Source: Basidiobolus meristosporus CBS 931.73 (taxonomy: Eukaryota; Fungi; Basidiobolomycota). Taken from it: a DNA stretch of 64,000 nucleotides. Location of the stretch: NCBI GenBank assembly GCA_002104905.1, contig MCFE01000009.1, positions 124,001-188,000 on the forward strand. Direction: 5' to 3'. Each line of letters starts with the position of its first letter. Within the stretch, counting starts at the first letter, position 1. This document shows positions 38,711-51,924 of the stretch, in pieces. Under the pieces are notes generated by a model. It saw only the letters and a list, made by a program, of their open reading frames with translations. It did not search any database and was not told where the DNA came from. The position numbers and the translations under genes are program-made.

Positions 38711-40333
38711 ATGGAGGACAGAACAAAAAGAGAGCTTGAAAAAATCGTATTCGTCCTACAAGAGTAAATATCCCTACATATAGATTACCCCCACAAGCCC
38801 AACCAAACCAATCTATTTCTAGACTCGACGAAGGTCACCTCTTGAAGAACGATCATGGTTTAAACCTCACGACGATCAACAACAACATCAGCGAAAATAA
38901 GTACACAAGCGTGGAGCAATTCCAGGTCCGTCTATACTTACGACATCACCGTTGCTTCACAAAACTAAACTGTATAGTTCAGGCTGATTTTGATCAGCTT
39001 TGTCGGCAATTGCTCAACTTCACTACCGACAAAGAAAGAAACGCCAATATATCTGCACTGTGGAAGTTGGGAAATAGTTACATATCCGAAATTCGCGGTC
39101 ATCAGCAACCTCAGGCAAGTCCAGTCTTGTGGCCTTGTGAGCATTTCAAGCTAACTTTCATGACTTCATTAGTTGAATGGGGCCTCCTCGGGTACATATC
39201 AGCCAAGTATGTTTATAAAAGATACACCACTCCAAAACTTATTACTCAACATCTTCTTTCGTGCGTGGTGTCTGTTCCGCAGATGAAGTGCAAAATGATT
39301 TTCATCGAAATATCGCGTTATTTCAGCGTGGTGGAGAAGGTTTCCTATTTACTAGTTCAAAAAGAGAGTTTAAGCCACAAGAACGGCTAGATATTGGTTC
39401 GTATTTCATGCTACGCTGATTTAATGCGTTATCAACAAATCTAAGCCCTAAATTATCAGTTGGGGAGGTAAGACCTATGACCATATTTCCAACCCACATA
39501 TCTGAGAAGGCTCCACCTCTGGGCGCTGTTTGCTCTGGATCCAATCCTACCAAAACGACCCAGTACATGAAACGGGAAATAGTCAACCCTCGTAAGCCCC
39601 GCGATTGATCATTTTCAATTTGAATTATCATTCACCACGATGCATTAGTACTTTACGCCAAACGCGATGCATATTCTAGCTTTGCCCCATGCATAGATTC
39701 TTCCTCGGCCTCTCTCTCTTCCCAAGATACGGCTGCTCTCTATTACTTCAAAAAGAGGAAAGTCGATGCCGCGAAATGCCAGAATATGGGGGGAGGTGGT
39801 GTTGCGCTTGGTGAACACGCTCAAATCATCAAGCATACGGTTGTTGATGGCTCTGGTGTTGCCAAGAATGTTGACATAGCCACCAATGGTGAGGAATCCA
39901 GTCAAGAGGCAGCTGAGCCGAATCCTGGCTCACTATTCCTTGAGGAGAATGCGAAGTTACTGCTCAAACTAGCTGATTACCAAGATGCTCGAACCAAAGG
40001 CGACTACTCTGCGGTCGCTCCCATAGAGCATGCTACAGGTGATTTTCTCTGCAGGATAAAGGACTCAATGCATATTTTAATCGCGTATCCTCGTTTGTAG
40101 CCAAAGCCTTTGTCAGTAGAATGATGTATATTCTCCCTACTGTTAAGCCATCTGCTCTTGTATCATCTGAAGGCTTAGAAGATGCAATCAATCGTATCCC
40201 TATACCTGAGCCCACCTATCGAGGGACCCTACCACCAAACAAGCCCTTCGCTTATGCGACAAACTCAGCACTGGGCAAAAGTTTCTCAACCAATGCAACC
40301 ACCGTTCCCACCAGTCATCTCCCCAGATCGTAG
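38711..40333 (+). CDS. BRD7/BRD9-like protein (divergent bromodomain and DUF3512-like region), multi-exon; start uncertain
   Basis: LNLTTINNNISENKYTSVEQFQADFDQL (bromodomain helices), YSSFAPCIDSSSASLSSQDT, and C-terminal ENAKLLLKLADYQDAR...EHATA...VKP. Confidence 0.6.
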
Positions 40334-40563
40334 GCGATTCACAGTATTTCATTCTCCGCTGCTCTTAATCTATCCTGTAAATTTCTTTGTTACTCAAATC
40401 ACACCATACAGAGAAACAGCATTCCTTTCTACCTTGGTCGAGTAGACTTTTAATATGTAATAATTAATGATATTAAAGAGCGTCAAAATTCATCTGATTA
40501 CTTCAACGCCCGCCTTTATTCGTATATGGCTGCTCGCCCGTTAAGCAAATTTCTTGCCGAAAG

Positions 40564-41225
40564 TTATTGAGATCCATTGTTGCTCTGTTGAGAAATATTA
40601 CTTGTGTCCATTGCGGGAAAGGTCTCTCCAACTGCTTCTTGATAGAGGGGTAGGGGCTCTACATACTCTTGACGTTGGCTGCTATAATTCCTTGCCGCCT
40701 CGGCCCAATGTTTCCAAAAGTCATATGCCCCCCCTTCAATGAACGAGAATTTTACCTTGAGAGCACCGCCACCCTTACCCATCTCAGATTAGACGCAGTT
40801 CAAGTTATCAGGGTCCAAAAAAGATAGCTAACCTGTATCAAAACATTACATTCAAAAGCGTTTGACCCCCAAAAAGGCTGTTTAAAGCTGGGATTTCTAA
40901 CGCGTGGAATGTCCATAGAGAAAGTAGTCAAGTTTCCTGTGATCTCACGTTTGTTGATGAAGACAACTCGTGTGTTTGTAAGGAATAAGGAGCCCTTGCC
41001 TTTCAAGCTCTGGGCTCTATTCTCAACTCTAGAGTAGAGTGCAAAAAGTGGGTGAAAATTTAGAGCTAGGCACTAGTCTATTCTAGCAAGTAGAACTTAC
41101 AAGCCTGCGGTACCATCAAGGTCAAGGTCAACAGTAGCAACGATGAATATAATGGTTTCCCCAGGATGAAGTGGAAAAGAAGGTGTTGAATCGTACCAAG
41201 CTACCCCAATGGTATTAATACTCAT
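40564..41225 (-). CDS. WBP2-like/UPF0664 PH-GRAM protein, 3 exons
   Basis: MSINT...PLHPGETI, KGSLFLTNTRVVF, FKQPFWGSNAFEC, FSFIEGGAYDF and EPLPLY. Confidence 0.75.
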
Positions 41226-41714
41226 TATATGTTGTGCTTTAAATTAGCAAGCGAAGGCAAGTTGCTGAACTTGGTCATCGTACAAGTACCGTAGATCTAA
41301 TCTGAATTATCGAGTTGATATGCCTTCAAATATCGAATTTACGTTAAATCAAATGCCATGTTTTGAATCCGTGGTAAAAAGTGACATGTCAGCTTAGATT
41401 ATGAACTAAACCCGCAAATTGAATTCCGATGTGAAGGTAATGTTCTTGCACAGTTGCGGATAAGGCAAGGCTTTCAGTATTACAAAAGTTAAAGTGAATG
41501 ATGCAAACCATTCAACTTTCGATGCTGAATAAAGTGAATGTACGCAACAATCAAACAAATACGGAAAGGATGATGGTTAGCACAGTCAGTGCGTTATGTC
41601 ATACTGTCGATAGTTGTATCCATGAATTAATAAAGTTGAAAATCGTAAATTATAAAAGGGTTGCTAAGGGTTGGATATTGAGCAAAAATTATCAACTCAC
41701 CTAACAACGATAAA

Positions 41715-42581
41715 ATGTCTAAGATTTCTGCTGCCGCCAAGAACGCCGCCGGTAACATCCAGGAAGGAGTTGGAAAAGTGTTCAACAGTGAGAGCATGGT
41801 TGCCAAAGGTGAACAAAAGCAACTAGAGGCTGAACAGCAAAAGATTGCTGCCGACCAAAAGAACTCTGGCAATGCTCACTCTGCCAAGGGAGCAGCCAAA
41901 CAGAATGTTGGCGAGGCCACTCACAACCCACACATGGCTGCTCAAGGTCAAGCTGAGCGTCACCACGGGAATGTTCAGCACAATGCTGGAAGCGTGAATG
42001 ATCCCACTAACACCACTGGAGCTGGCTTGACTGGCACCCACCACCATGGAGCGACAACAACCAGCGGAGCCCATTCTCATGCAGTGAATAGCCACATTGC
42101 CGGAACTACCGATCCAGCGGGCCCTGGCTACACTGCTGGAGCTGGCCATCATGCCGCTCACCACAACCCTGCCACCACTGCAGCTGGCGTCCCAGCAACC
42201 GGAGTTGGGTCCACCCATGATCACGCCTACAACAATGGCACACATGGAAATGGGAATGCATCCACCATGTCTGGAAAGAAGGATCAAGCAATGGGAGCCA
42301 TGAAGGAGAATGTAGGAAGTGCCTTCAACAACCCATCCCTCGAGGCCAGAGGAGCAGGACAGCGCAATGAGGGTCACTTCCAGGAACATGCAGCCAAACA
42401 ACAACCGGGACGAGTTGCAGGATCAGCGAATGCAGCATCTGGAGCGGTCAAGGAGAATGTTGGGTACGCCGCTGGCAACCCATCCATGGAGCTGAATGGA
42501 GCATCCCAGCGAGTACATGGGGATGCGCAATATGACGCTACTCACAACCACAACAATCCTAACCCCAGCCGAGTTTTGTAG
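41715..42581 (+). CDS. CsbD/Hmp1-like (LEA-type) hydrophilin, copy 1, 288 aa
   Basis: Four units of G..KE.VG...N..(L/M).A.G..Q...G..Q, two either side of a His/Thr/Gly-rich linker. No Cys. Intronless. TATAAAA at about 41651. Confidence 0.8.
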   Translation: MSKISAAAKNAAGNIQEGVGKVFNSESMVAKGEQKQLEAEQQKIAADQKNSGNAHSAKGAAKQNVGEATHNPHMAAQGQAERHHGNVQHNAGSVNDPTNTTGAGLTGTHHHGATTTSGAHSHAVNSHIAGTTDPAGPGYTAGAGHHAAHHNPATTAAGVPATGVGSTHDHAYNNGTHGNGNASTMSGKKDQAMGAMKENVGSAFNNPSLEARGAGQRNEGHFQEHAAKQQPGRVAGSANAASGAVKENVGYAAGNPSMELNGASQRVHGDAQYDATHNHNNPNPSRVL

Positions 42582-42959
42582 TTGAATAATGTAAATGCAT
42601 ATATAGCTTGTTAAATAGTGAAATAAATATTACAATTTGATTTTGATACGTGTATTGCATTTTTGCGGCTATATATTATGGTATTGCTTGCCTGCTGAGA
42701 ACATGCACGTGTTTGGTGATTTGTTTATTTGCTGCAGTTATATATCTATATAGTAACTCACTACACTATTGAGAAGTAATATCGGTAGAGTTTGTAGTTG
42801 GTACACATCGATACAAAACAGTATAATAAATCAAAAGGATTGACGAAATAATGATAATAATGACAGCATCTAGCTTAATGCGGTAGGATTTAAGCAATGG
42901 ATGATGCTTAGCCAAATCCAAGCTTCTGTGTCAAGGAATGATCTTCAGCAAAAGATTTC

Positions 42960-43260
42960 TGCGGGCCAAATGGATTCTGAGCACAATAACGAGAGGGTAA
43001 ATGATCCCACCGGAACCACTACATTTGGCTTGACCTGCACCTACCACCATGAAACCATCATAGTCACCGTATCCAGCGAATAGTCACACTTTAATCACTG
43101 GCACTGACTGTCATACAGCTCATCACAACTCTATCGATGTAGTAGTTGGGGTTCCAGCAACCACGGTGAATCCTACAATATCGGTATATGTGGAAATACA
43201 CCTACTATGTTCGGAAAGAATGATCATGGAGAATGTGACAAGCCCCTGATGACAATCGGG
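42960..43260 (+). pseudogene. Decayed hydrophilin relic
   Basis: HNNERVNDPTGTTTFGLTCTYHH and later fragments (GVPAT; ACTATGTTCGGAAAGAATGATC) match the linker and the STMSGKKDQ segment of neighbouring copies. Confidence 0.6.
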
Positions 43261-43871
43261 GAATAAAATGGTATTGGTGCACGGTTGTTGCTGGCAATAA
43301 TGTCTTTTATACCCTGTTCAATTACCCTTCTTGCATGTTTAGTTGTGATAGGGGCAGAAGTTTAATGTTACCCGGATATCACACGGTAGATATAGACGAT
43401 TTATCACTGACTTTTGGAATTTCTTCAAGCACAAAAATAGTGTGGATAAAGTTGATACTATAAAAGTAAATAAAGTCAGTGTAAGTTGAAACCTTGTAAA
43501 ATGTTTGGATTAATGGCTAATTAATGCTGAATATTGCTATGTACGAAGAAAATCACGTACCCGATGATTGTCTGCAGGTGACGTGCCAACTACCAAGTCT
43601 TGGTAAATGATATATTTGGTGCTTGGCAATGTTGCTTCATAAAAAATTCCCCACATATATCATAGTGATGTAATGAAATTTCAGTTTGGTTTACAGCGAA
43701 ATTCTATTCATTCAAAGGAGTGACGCTAACGATAAATTAGATATACGACATGACCATATCTAAGACCCACGCTGATGGAATGGCACATAGCAATGCACAA
43801 TACGTATAAAAGAAACACAGAAGCCACCTAATTCTCAATTATAATCTATCCTACAAACAATCTAACCTGAT

Positions 43872-44936
43872 ATGTCGAAGATCTCTGCTGCCGCTAAGAA
43901 TGCCGCTGGTAACATCCAGGAAGGAATCGGAAAAGTGTTCAACAGTGAGAGCATGGTTGCCAAAGGTGAACAGAAGCAACTAGAGGCTGAACAGCAAAAG
44001 ATTGCTGCCGACCAAAAGAACTCTGGCAATGCTCACTCTGCCAAGGGAGCAGCCAAACAGAATGTTGGCGAGGCCACTCACAACCCACACATGGCTGCTC
44101 AAGGTCAAGCTGAGCGTCACCACGGGAATGTTCAGCACAATACTGGAAGTGTGAATGATCCCACTAACACCACTGGAGCTGGTTTGGCCGGCACCCACCA
44201 CCATGGAGCGACAACAACCAGCGGAGCCCATTCTCATCCAGTGAATAGCCACATTACTGGAACTACTGATCCAGCAGGTCCTGGTTACGGAACCAACACC
44301 ACCCATACACACAATTATAGTGGAAGTACTGGTGCTGACCATTATACAGTTCAACACAATCCCAATGCCACTACAGGTGGTGTTCCAGCAACTGGACTTG
44401 CTCCTACTGGTATCGCATCTACACAAAGCCATACGTACAACAACAACACAACAACCAATCCCGCAGGCTTGGGACATAGTGCTGGAACTACTGGTATTGA
44501 AAACTATACAGTTCAACATAATCCCAATGCCACCACAGCTGGGGTTCCAGCAGCTGGACTTGCTCCCACTGGTATTGCATCCACCCAAGGTAGAGCTTAT
44601 AGCAATGAAAAGCCATCCACTATTTCCGGCAAAAAGGATCAAGCGATGGGTGCTATGAAGGAGAATGTAGGAAGTGCCTTCAACAATCCATCTCTCGAGG
44701 CTAGAGGAGCAGGACAGCGCAATGAGGGCCACTTCCAGGAACACGCAGCCAAACAACAACCAGGACGAGTTGCAGGATCAGCGAATGCAGCGTCTGGAGC
44801 GGTCAAGGAGAATGTCGGGTACGCCGCTGGCAACCCATCCATGGAGCTGAATGGAGCATCCCAGCGAGTACATGGGGATGCCCAGTATGACGCTGCTCAC
44901 AACTACAGCAATCCCAATCCTAACCGAGTTCTGTAA
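43872..44936 (+). CDS. CsbD/Hmp1-like hydrophilin, copy 2, 354 aa (linker with internal duplication)
   Basis: Same terminal domains. YTVQHNPNATT.GVPA.GLAPTGIAST occurs twice in the linker. Confidence 0.8.
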   Translation: MSKISAAAKNAAGNIQEGIGKVFNSESMVAKGEQKQLEAEQQKIAADQKNSGNAHSAKGAAKQNVGEATHNPHMAAQGQAERHHGNVQHNTGSVNDPTNTTGAGLAGTHHHGATTTSGAHSHPVNSHITGTTDPAGPGYGTNTTHTHNYSGSTGADHYTVQHNPNATTGGVPATGLAPTGIASTQSHTYNNNTTTNPAGLGHSAGTTGIENYTVQHNPNATTAGVPAAGLAPTGIASTQGRAYSNEKPSTISGKKDQAMGAMKENVGSAFNNPSLEARGAGQRNEGHFQEHAAKQQPGRVAGSANAASGAVKENVGYAAGNPSMELNGASQRVHGDAQYDAAHNYSNPNPNRVL

Positions 44937-45823
44937 TTGAAATACATCAATCATGTAAATGCGAATATATCATGTTATATAGTGAAATAAATATTGCAAT
45001 TTGATTTTAGTGCATATGTTACAACCAAGTAAAATAAATCTCGAGTTCTATTGCTGACCACAATAACCACTATCCTGATCAAAAATCCTAGATCAGTTTT
45101 CGGTCTGAATAGTAAGTTTTCGCTGCCTGAAAGGTAGACGCAAAGAAAAGCTATACCTAATTTAGCTGAAGCTAAGTATGCGTTCTTACCACAACCATTT
45201 CTAACTTCATGTTGAACAGAGCTCCCCAATTTGACAGGTATACTTACTGCCCCGCTTAGTGCGGCTCAATATATTATGTAGTCTCGATTCATTGTTTTAA
45301 AGCCTTTCATATCATGTGCTAGATGGCTCTAGTATGCTGACGGAAGCTGATAGCAGTTATTAGCAACTTGACAGTAAGCACCAAGTTCTTGATCATGTGG
45401 GAGATTGTCATTTACTTGGATTATCATGTGGAAGATTGTCATTTATTTGGTATTTGGAAAGACTAGGGAACCCTTTGGCGTAAATGGTATTGCAGTAGAA
45501 ATTTAGTCCTAGAATCATACAACGCAAATGTCAGAAATTATCATTAAAATTTAGCTTAGAGTCCTTGTGCTCCATGTACCATACATTATTAATACCCAGG
45601 GTACTGGAACATCATGTAATGATGTATCTGATACCAAAAAAGGGAAATAAATCACGACCGACCATTCTAATCATTGTGATGAAATATATAGTCAAATGTG
45701 GATCGTTTGCATCATATTAAAAATTGAATTTTTGATTTGGCCACATGGTCGCGTTTATAAATATAAGCCCAAATCATACTACTTGACAAAACCAACTAAT
45801 ATCATCCACAAAACGTACTAAAT

Positions 45824-46909
45824 ATGTCGAAGATCTCTGCTGCCGCTAAGAATGCCGCTGGTAACATCCAGGAAGGAATCGGAAAAGTGTTCAACAGTGA
45901 GAGCATGGTTGCCAAAGGTGAACAGAAGCAACTAGAGGCTGAACAGCAAAAGATTGCTGCCGACCAAAAGAACTCTGGCAATGCTCACTCTGCCAAGGGA
46001 GCAGCCAAACAGAATGTTGGCGAGGCCACTCACAACCCACACATGGCTGCTCAAGGTCAAGCTGAGCGTCACCACGGGAATGTTCAGCACAATGCTGGAA
46101 GCGTGAATGATCCCACTAACACCACTGGAGCTGGCTTGACTGCCACTTACGAAAACGGTACCGCTACTTCCGTTGGCACTCATCACCCTAAAAATACTGC
46201 TGCAGTCGGTCCACACTCTCACTCAGTGAGTGGTGATATTACTACTGGAGCCACTGATCTTACTGGACCACATTATAATGCCAGTATTGCTCAACCACTT
46301 GGTAGTAATGTAGCTACCGGTGCTGGTCTTATCACATCTACCCACAACACTGGTGTAACTGCAACAGGAAACAACCATCATCATGGGGAGTACACAGCCA
46401 CCAGGCCCGCCCATTCACATTCAGTGAATAATGATATTTCGGGAGTTACTGATCCAACCGGCCCTAATCATCACTCTGCTCACCACAATACATCTACCGC
46501 TACAGTTGGGAGACCAGCAGCCGAGTTCGGCTCCACCCATGATCATACTTACAATAATGGTACAAATGGAAATGGGAATGCATCCACCATGTCTGGAAAG
46601 AAGGACCAAGCAATGGGAGCCATGAAGGAGAATGTAGGAAGCGCTCTCAACAACTCATCCCTCGAGGCCAGAGGAGCAGGACAGCGCAATGAGGGCCACT
46701 TCCAGGAACACGCAGCCAAACAACAACCAGGACGAGTTGCAGGATCAGCGAATGCAGCATCTGGAGCGGTCAAGGAGAATGTTGGGTACGCCGCTGGCAA
46801 CCCATCCATGGAGTTGAATGGTGCATCTCAGAGAGCATATGGTGATGAACAGTACAACGGCGCGACTCGTACCATCAACTATAACACTAATACCAACCAA
46901 GTATTGTAA
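45824..46909 (+). CDS. CsbD/Hmp1-like hydrophilin, copy 3, 361 aa
   Basis: Same terminal domains, long linker, and a distinctive tail YNGATRTINYNTNTNQVL. Confidence 0.8.
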   Translation: MSKISAAAKNAAGNIQEGIGKVFNSESMVAKGEQKQLEAEQQKIAADQKNSGNAHSAKGAAKQNVGEATHNPHMAAQGQAERHHGNVQHNAGSVNDPTNTTGAGLTATYENGTATSVGTHHPKNTAAVGPHSHSVSGDITTGATDLTGPHYNASIAQPLGSNVATGAGLITSTHNTGVTATGNNHHHGEYTATRPAHSHSVNNDISGVTDPTGPNHHSAHHNTSTATVGRPAAEFGSTHDHTYNNGTNGNGNASTMSGKKDQAMGAMKENVGSALNNSSLEARGAGQRNEGHFQEHAAKQQPGRVAGSANAASGAVKENVGYAAGNPSMELNGASQRAYGDEQYNGATRTINYNTNTNQVL

Positions 46910-47484
46910 ATCAAATAACCAGCCAATTACTTGCAGTGTAAAATAGTAAATAAATCAGATAAATTCGTAGTGCGTAAACATCACATTTATATTTTTTCAA
47001 CAGCCACAACTGAAAGATAGTTTTCTTTCAGCTTCTAACATTTTAGCGGGAAGTCCCAGATACTGATATTCAAGAGATATTACAAATTGGCTTTTTTAGT
47101 CGAGAATGTATATGTAGTGAGGTGCGAATTACCAAGAAGTATAGACTCATTGCTAACATTCGATAGTATAGTTTTGTCATGCAAAGTGTATGTGTTTGTA
47201 TATTCAATAATGTAATTTGCTGAAGTTCATAAATTTGTCAAATAGATTCGTATTATGCAGCAGGATGACGTAATACATTTGCTGACTTGTGGACCGGATA
47301 AATAAATAAGTGACGTTGTAGATTACTCCACTGTTTCTATAATAAATTACTTCATTTGTCTGGTGTAACCTCTCGAGGCCGTAATGATGGGAATACAATA
47401 TAGTATAAAAGTAAGAGCCAGTTCTGACTATTTGATAAATTAATCCAGGAAACCATCAGTTCCACTCATCTACTAATTTAAAAC

Positions 47485-48352
47485 ATGTCTAAGATTTCTG
47501 CTGCCGCCAAGAACGCCGCTGGTAACATCCAGGAAGGAGTTGGAAAAGTGTTCAACAGTGAGAGCATGGTTGCCAAAGGTGAACAGAAGCAACTAGAGGC
47601 TGAACAGCAAAAGATTGCTGCCGACCAAAAGAACTCTGGCAATGCTCACTCTGCCAAGGGAAGCAGCCAAACAGAATGTTGGCGAGGCCACTCACAACCC
47701 ACACATGGCTGCTCAAGGTCAAGCTGAGCGCCACCACGGGAATGTTCAGCACAATGCTGGAAGCGTGAATGATCCCACTGACACCACTGGAGCTGGTTTG
47801 GCCGGCACCCACCACCATGGAGCGACAACAACCAGCGGAGCCCATTCTCATCCAGTGAATAGCCACATTGCCGGAACTACCGATCCAACGGGCCCTGGCT
47901 ACAATACTGGAGCTGGCCATCATGCCGCTCACCACAACCCTGCCACCACTGCAGCTGGCGTCCCAGCAACCGGAGTTGGGTCCACCCATGATCACGCCTA
48001 CAACAATGGCACACATGGAAATGGGAATGCATCCACCATGTCTGGAAAGAAGGATCAAGCAATGGGAGCCATGAAGGAGAATGTAGGAAGTGCCTTCAAC
48101 AACCCATCCCTCGAGGCCAGAGGAGCAGGACAGCGCAATGAGGGCCACTTCCAGGAACACGCAGCCAAACAACAACCAGGACGAGTTGCAGGATCAGCGA
48201 ATGCGGCATCTGGAGCGGTCAAGGGGAATGTCGGGTACGCCGCTGGCAACCCATCCATGGAGCTGAATGGAGCATCCCAGCGAGTACATGGGGATGCCCA
48301 GTATGACGTTGCTCACAACTACAGCAACCCTAACCCCAACCGAGTTTTGTAA
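47485..48352 (+). pseudogene. CsbD/Hmp1-like hydrophilin, copy 4, with a +1 frameshift at about 47661 (or a sequencing error)
   Basis: GCCAAGGGAAGCAGCC here against GCCAAGGGAGCAGCC in copies 1-3 and 6. Otherwise intact and nearly identical to copy 1. Confidence 0.75.
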
Positions 48353-49104
48353 TGAAGCTGATAGGCGTGAATTACCTGTAATTTTGTATAATAAATATCT
48401 TATTTCCTTCGCATACATGATAAATATATATTCTCATCTGACAATATATATTCTATGTTGATGTGAAAGCTAGATGTATCAATGGTTAAAGTAGACACAG
48501 ATCATTATACTTTTGTAGTAGTGCACATGTTAGCATCCACCTGACTTCAATCCGTGACCTGGATTAAGGTTTTTGAATAGTAAATACTCTAATGCAGAGG
48601 TATAACTCAAGGCTCATGAAAATTTCAGGAGAGTAGCAATTATGTTTACTAGACTAGCTATCAAGTTTGGGCGCCAATGTTGTTGTTGAAGACAAAGGCC
48701 CGATAATCCAAGACAATCTGATGTACTGTTTCAATCGCTTGATACCTTGTAGAAGTGAAAAATCAAGAAATACATATCATCTTTGCCTGCCCTTAACTCC
48801 ATAATAACACAACCAAAACTTTGAGGCTCTCAGTCTCGAAATGTTCAGTTTCAACAGTGTGTGAACCAGTTCAAACGCAAACATGAAATTCTGATCGCCC
48901 TCTTGACACTTTTCATGGCCCAATCACACAGCGCTAGATAAAAATAGTAACGTTTGACATGAAATAGATCCAGCGATCCACTAACAATGCTCTGCGCCAC
49001 ACCTCGTGCTTTCTCACCACACGCTCCGCTACATGTTGGCCTTCCCTCCTCAACCACAATAAAAGAAGCCGAGCTCAACGACTACAGGCCATCCATTCTT
49101 CAAC

Positions 49105-49512
49105 ATGAACTACTTCCTGATCCTTGCGCTTGCCTGTACCGCTGTGCTTCACCTCGACGGTGTCCAGTCCCACTCATCAAAGCACACCTCAAAGCACCAT
49201 TCCAAGCACTGGTCTAAGCATCACACCAAGCACTGGCCCAAGCACCACTCCAAGCACAAGCATCACTCCAAGCATCACTCCAAGCACAAGCCCCACTACA
49301 ACCCATTCACCCCAAAGAACTACCCTGGCATCATCTTCAAGCAGGGAAGCAAGAATGCCTTTTGCTACAATGGCAAGACCAACTTCATTGTCAAGAGATC
49401 GTCCGACTGCCCAGCCGATGCTGGATGCTACAATGTGTACAATGACAAGAGAACGCTCAAGGACCTGTTGGCCAAGCTACAGAAAGACCCCAGCCTAGCC
49501 AAATGCACATAG
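49105..49512 (+). CDS. Small secreted protein, type D with His/Lys-rich N-terminal repeats, 135 aa
   Basis: Signal peptide, (S/T/P)KH(H/T/W) repeats, then YNPFTPKNYPGIIF...FCYNG...CPADAGCY...DPSLAKC. Confidence 0.85.
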   Translation: MNYFLILALACTAVLHLDGVQSHSSKHTSKHHSKHWSKHHTKHWPKHHSKHKHHSKHHSKHKPHYNPFTPKNYPGIIFKQGSKNAFCYNGKTNFIVKRSSDCPADAGCYNVYNDKRTLKDLLAKLQKDPSLAKCT

Positions 49513-50682
49513 ATCTCAGTGTGAGACTGATACTTGGATAAGGCTTTGTAGTGGCTGAGAAGGATCCAATAGAACAGTAGAATACGTAATGCTAGAGGTT
49601 ATGAAAGAGTACGAGTTGCACACCTGTGGGCATTCTCGGATCAATAAATGTCACAATTTTGGCATATTTGCATGCAAATCCTACAATTCAAATTAAAAAA
49701 AAATAGTTAGCACATATTTAAGTGGCATCTATTTACAAGATGTTTTCATCTTGGCAGAGTTCAGGACATTTGATGGCGGTACCCATATAGATTGGTAGCA
49801 GAGGCTTACGAACTTGGGCAATAGTTGCTGGCATACACTATTGGTACGATAAGTATACCCTAAGAAAAAAAATTAAGAAAAGGCCAGTAAAATACCATCA
49901 TAAAATCAGCTGAATTCCAAGTTTCTCAAATCTGACAACTATCATTATCTCATGTACTAGCAGTTGGGCAGACAAGCAGACATATTTTCCAAGAGGAGAC
50001 TAGGCCAACCAGGATTCCTACCAAATTTGGTGATTAGCTGCCCACTACTTCCATCAAAAATTGCAACTGGATATTTGAACAAAAAACACCGGCTGAATAC
50101 CAGCTAAATACCGTTAGAATACCAGCAGAGTACCGGTTGAAAATCAGATGAATTCCAAGTTTGAGATTTTTCATAGGGATATATGTTGTATGCCAGATGG
50201 AGTTGGTGCGCTCTTGCATCACTACAATTTAACCACTGCAGACTTGCGACGTGTGATAATACCTTTGAAAATATTCGCTAGATACTGTTATAGTGTTAAA
50301 AAATATGGAGGTAAAGGTACTAATAATCTAGCCTTCTCTGGAATGATTAGCATATTTGCCAGATTTTTGGGACGTGATAAAATTGGATAAAAGGGTTAGT
50401 CGACCTAATTAGTGGTTGAATTTAGTGAATACAAGCAATGTCTACGTCACAAAAGTAAGGGTGCTGATGACGTTGAAATTGAGCCAGATTAATAAAATTC
50501 CCCCAAATGGAAGGTGTGACGTTGGAAGCTTGTTGTGATATTGTCTGACCGTTGACCAAATCTAGTTTGGTGATTTCCGATGCAAACAGTAGTAATGTGG
50601 AAAAGTATATAAGCATCATGGCGTTGTTTACAACAATCAGAAAACCGAAATACAACCACTACCATCAGCCAAACAAATCACC

Positions 50683-51543
50683 ATGTCAAAGATCTCTGCT
50701 GCCGCTAAGAATGCCGCTGGTAACATCCAGGAAGGAATCGGAAAAGTGTTCAACAGTGAGAGTATGGTTGCCAAAGGTGAGCAGAAGCAGCTGGAGGCCG
50801 AACAGCAAAAGGTCGCAGCTGATCAAAAGAACTACGGTAATGCTCACTCAGCCAAAGGAGCGGCCAAACAGAATGTTGGCGAGGCCACTCACAACCCACA
50901 CATGGCTGCTCAAGGCCAAGCTGAGCGTCACCACGGGAATGTCGAACACAACGCTGGAAGAGTGAACGATCCCACTGACACCACTGGAACTGGATTGGCT
51001 GGTACTCACCACCATAGTGCTGCCACCTCCACCGGAGTCCATTCACATCCAGTGAACAGTGATATTTCTGGAACCACGTATACTTCTGGTCCTGGCCACA
51101 CCGCTGCCACTGGCCATCATACTGCTCACCACAATCGAGCTACTACGGCAGTTGGGGGACCAGCAACCGGAGTTGGATCCACCCATGGTCATGCTTACAA
51201 CAATGGTACAAATGGGAATGGGAATGCATCCACCATGTCTGGAAAGAAAGATCAAGCAATGGGAGCCATGAAGGAGAATGTAGGAAGCGCTCTCAACAAC
51301 CCATCCCTCGAGGCCAGAGGAGCAGGACAGCGCAATGAGGGCCACTTCCAGGAACATGCAGCCAAACAACAACCGGGACGAGTTGCAGGATCAGCGAATG
51401 CAGCATATGGAGCGATCAAGGAGAATGTTGGGTACGCCACTGGCAACCCATCCATGGAGCTGAATGGTGCATCTCAACGAGTACATGGGGATGCCCAGTA
51501 CAATGCTTCTCACCACTACAACAACCCTAATCGAGTACTCTAA
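50683..51543 (+). CDS. CsbD/Hmp1-like hydrophilin, copy 5, 286 aa
   Basis: Intact ORF and near-identical inverted partner of 57615-58475. Confidence 0.8.
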   Translation: MSKISAAAKNAAGNIQEGIGKVFNSESMVAKGEQKQLEAEQQKVAADQKNYGNAHSAKGAAKQNVGEATHNPHMAAQGQAERHHGNVEHNAGRVNDPTDTTGTGLAGTHHHSAATSTGVHSHPVNSDISGTTYTSGPGHTAATGHHTAHHNRATTAVGGPATGVGSTHGHAYNNGTNGNGNASTMSGKKDQAMGAMKENVGSALNNPSLEARGAGQRNEGHFQEHAAKQQPGRVAGSANAAYGAIKENVGYATGNPSMELNGASQRVHGDAQYNASHHYNNPNRVL

Positions 51544-51924
51544 TTGAAAGATAGCAATAATGTAAATGCAAATATACCATGTCAAATAGTAAAATAAATA
51601 TCGTAGTTTTATTTGTTTTAAAGAGTACCTCTTGCCGTTATGAAGAAGTACAAAGAATGAGGATGAGAAGACGAAGAAAGTGAAGTATATAACACATATC
51701 TTTCAGGATAATCGATCATGCAGACATACGTGTATACTACTTCCGGTATTAGGAATATGCAGTTTAATGGATTCGAATGATTTTCAACTTAGAGTCAAAC
51801 TGGTGATCTTGGATACCTACAGACTACCCATGTCAAGAAATATTGTTTCTATTACCCAGCGCCTCGTTCAACAAGAAACACGGAAGTTAGATCGGCCTCC
51901 TAACTCTTCTCTTAGTCCAATAAA

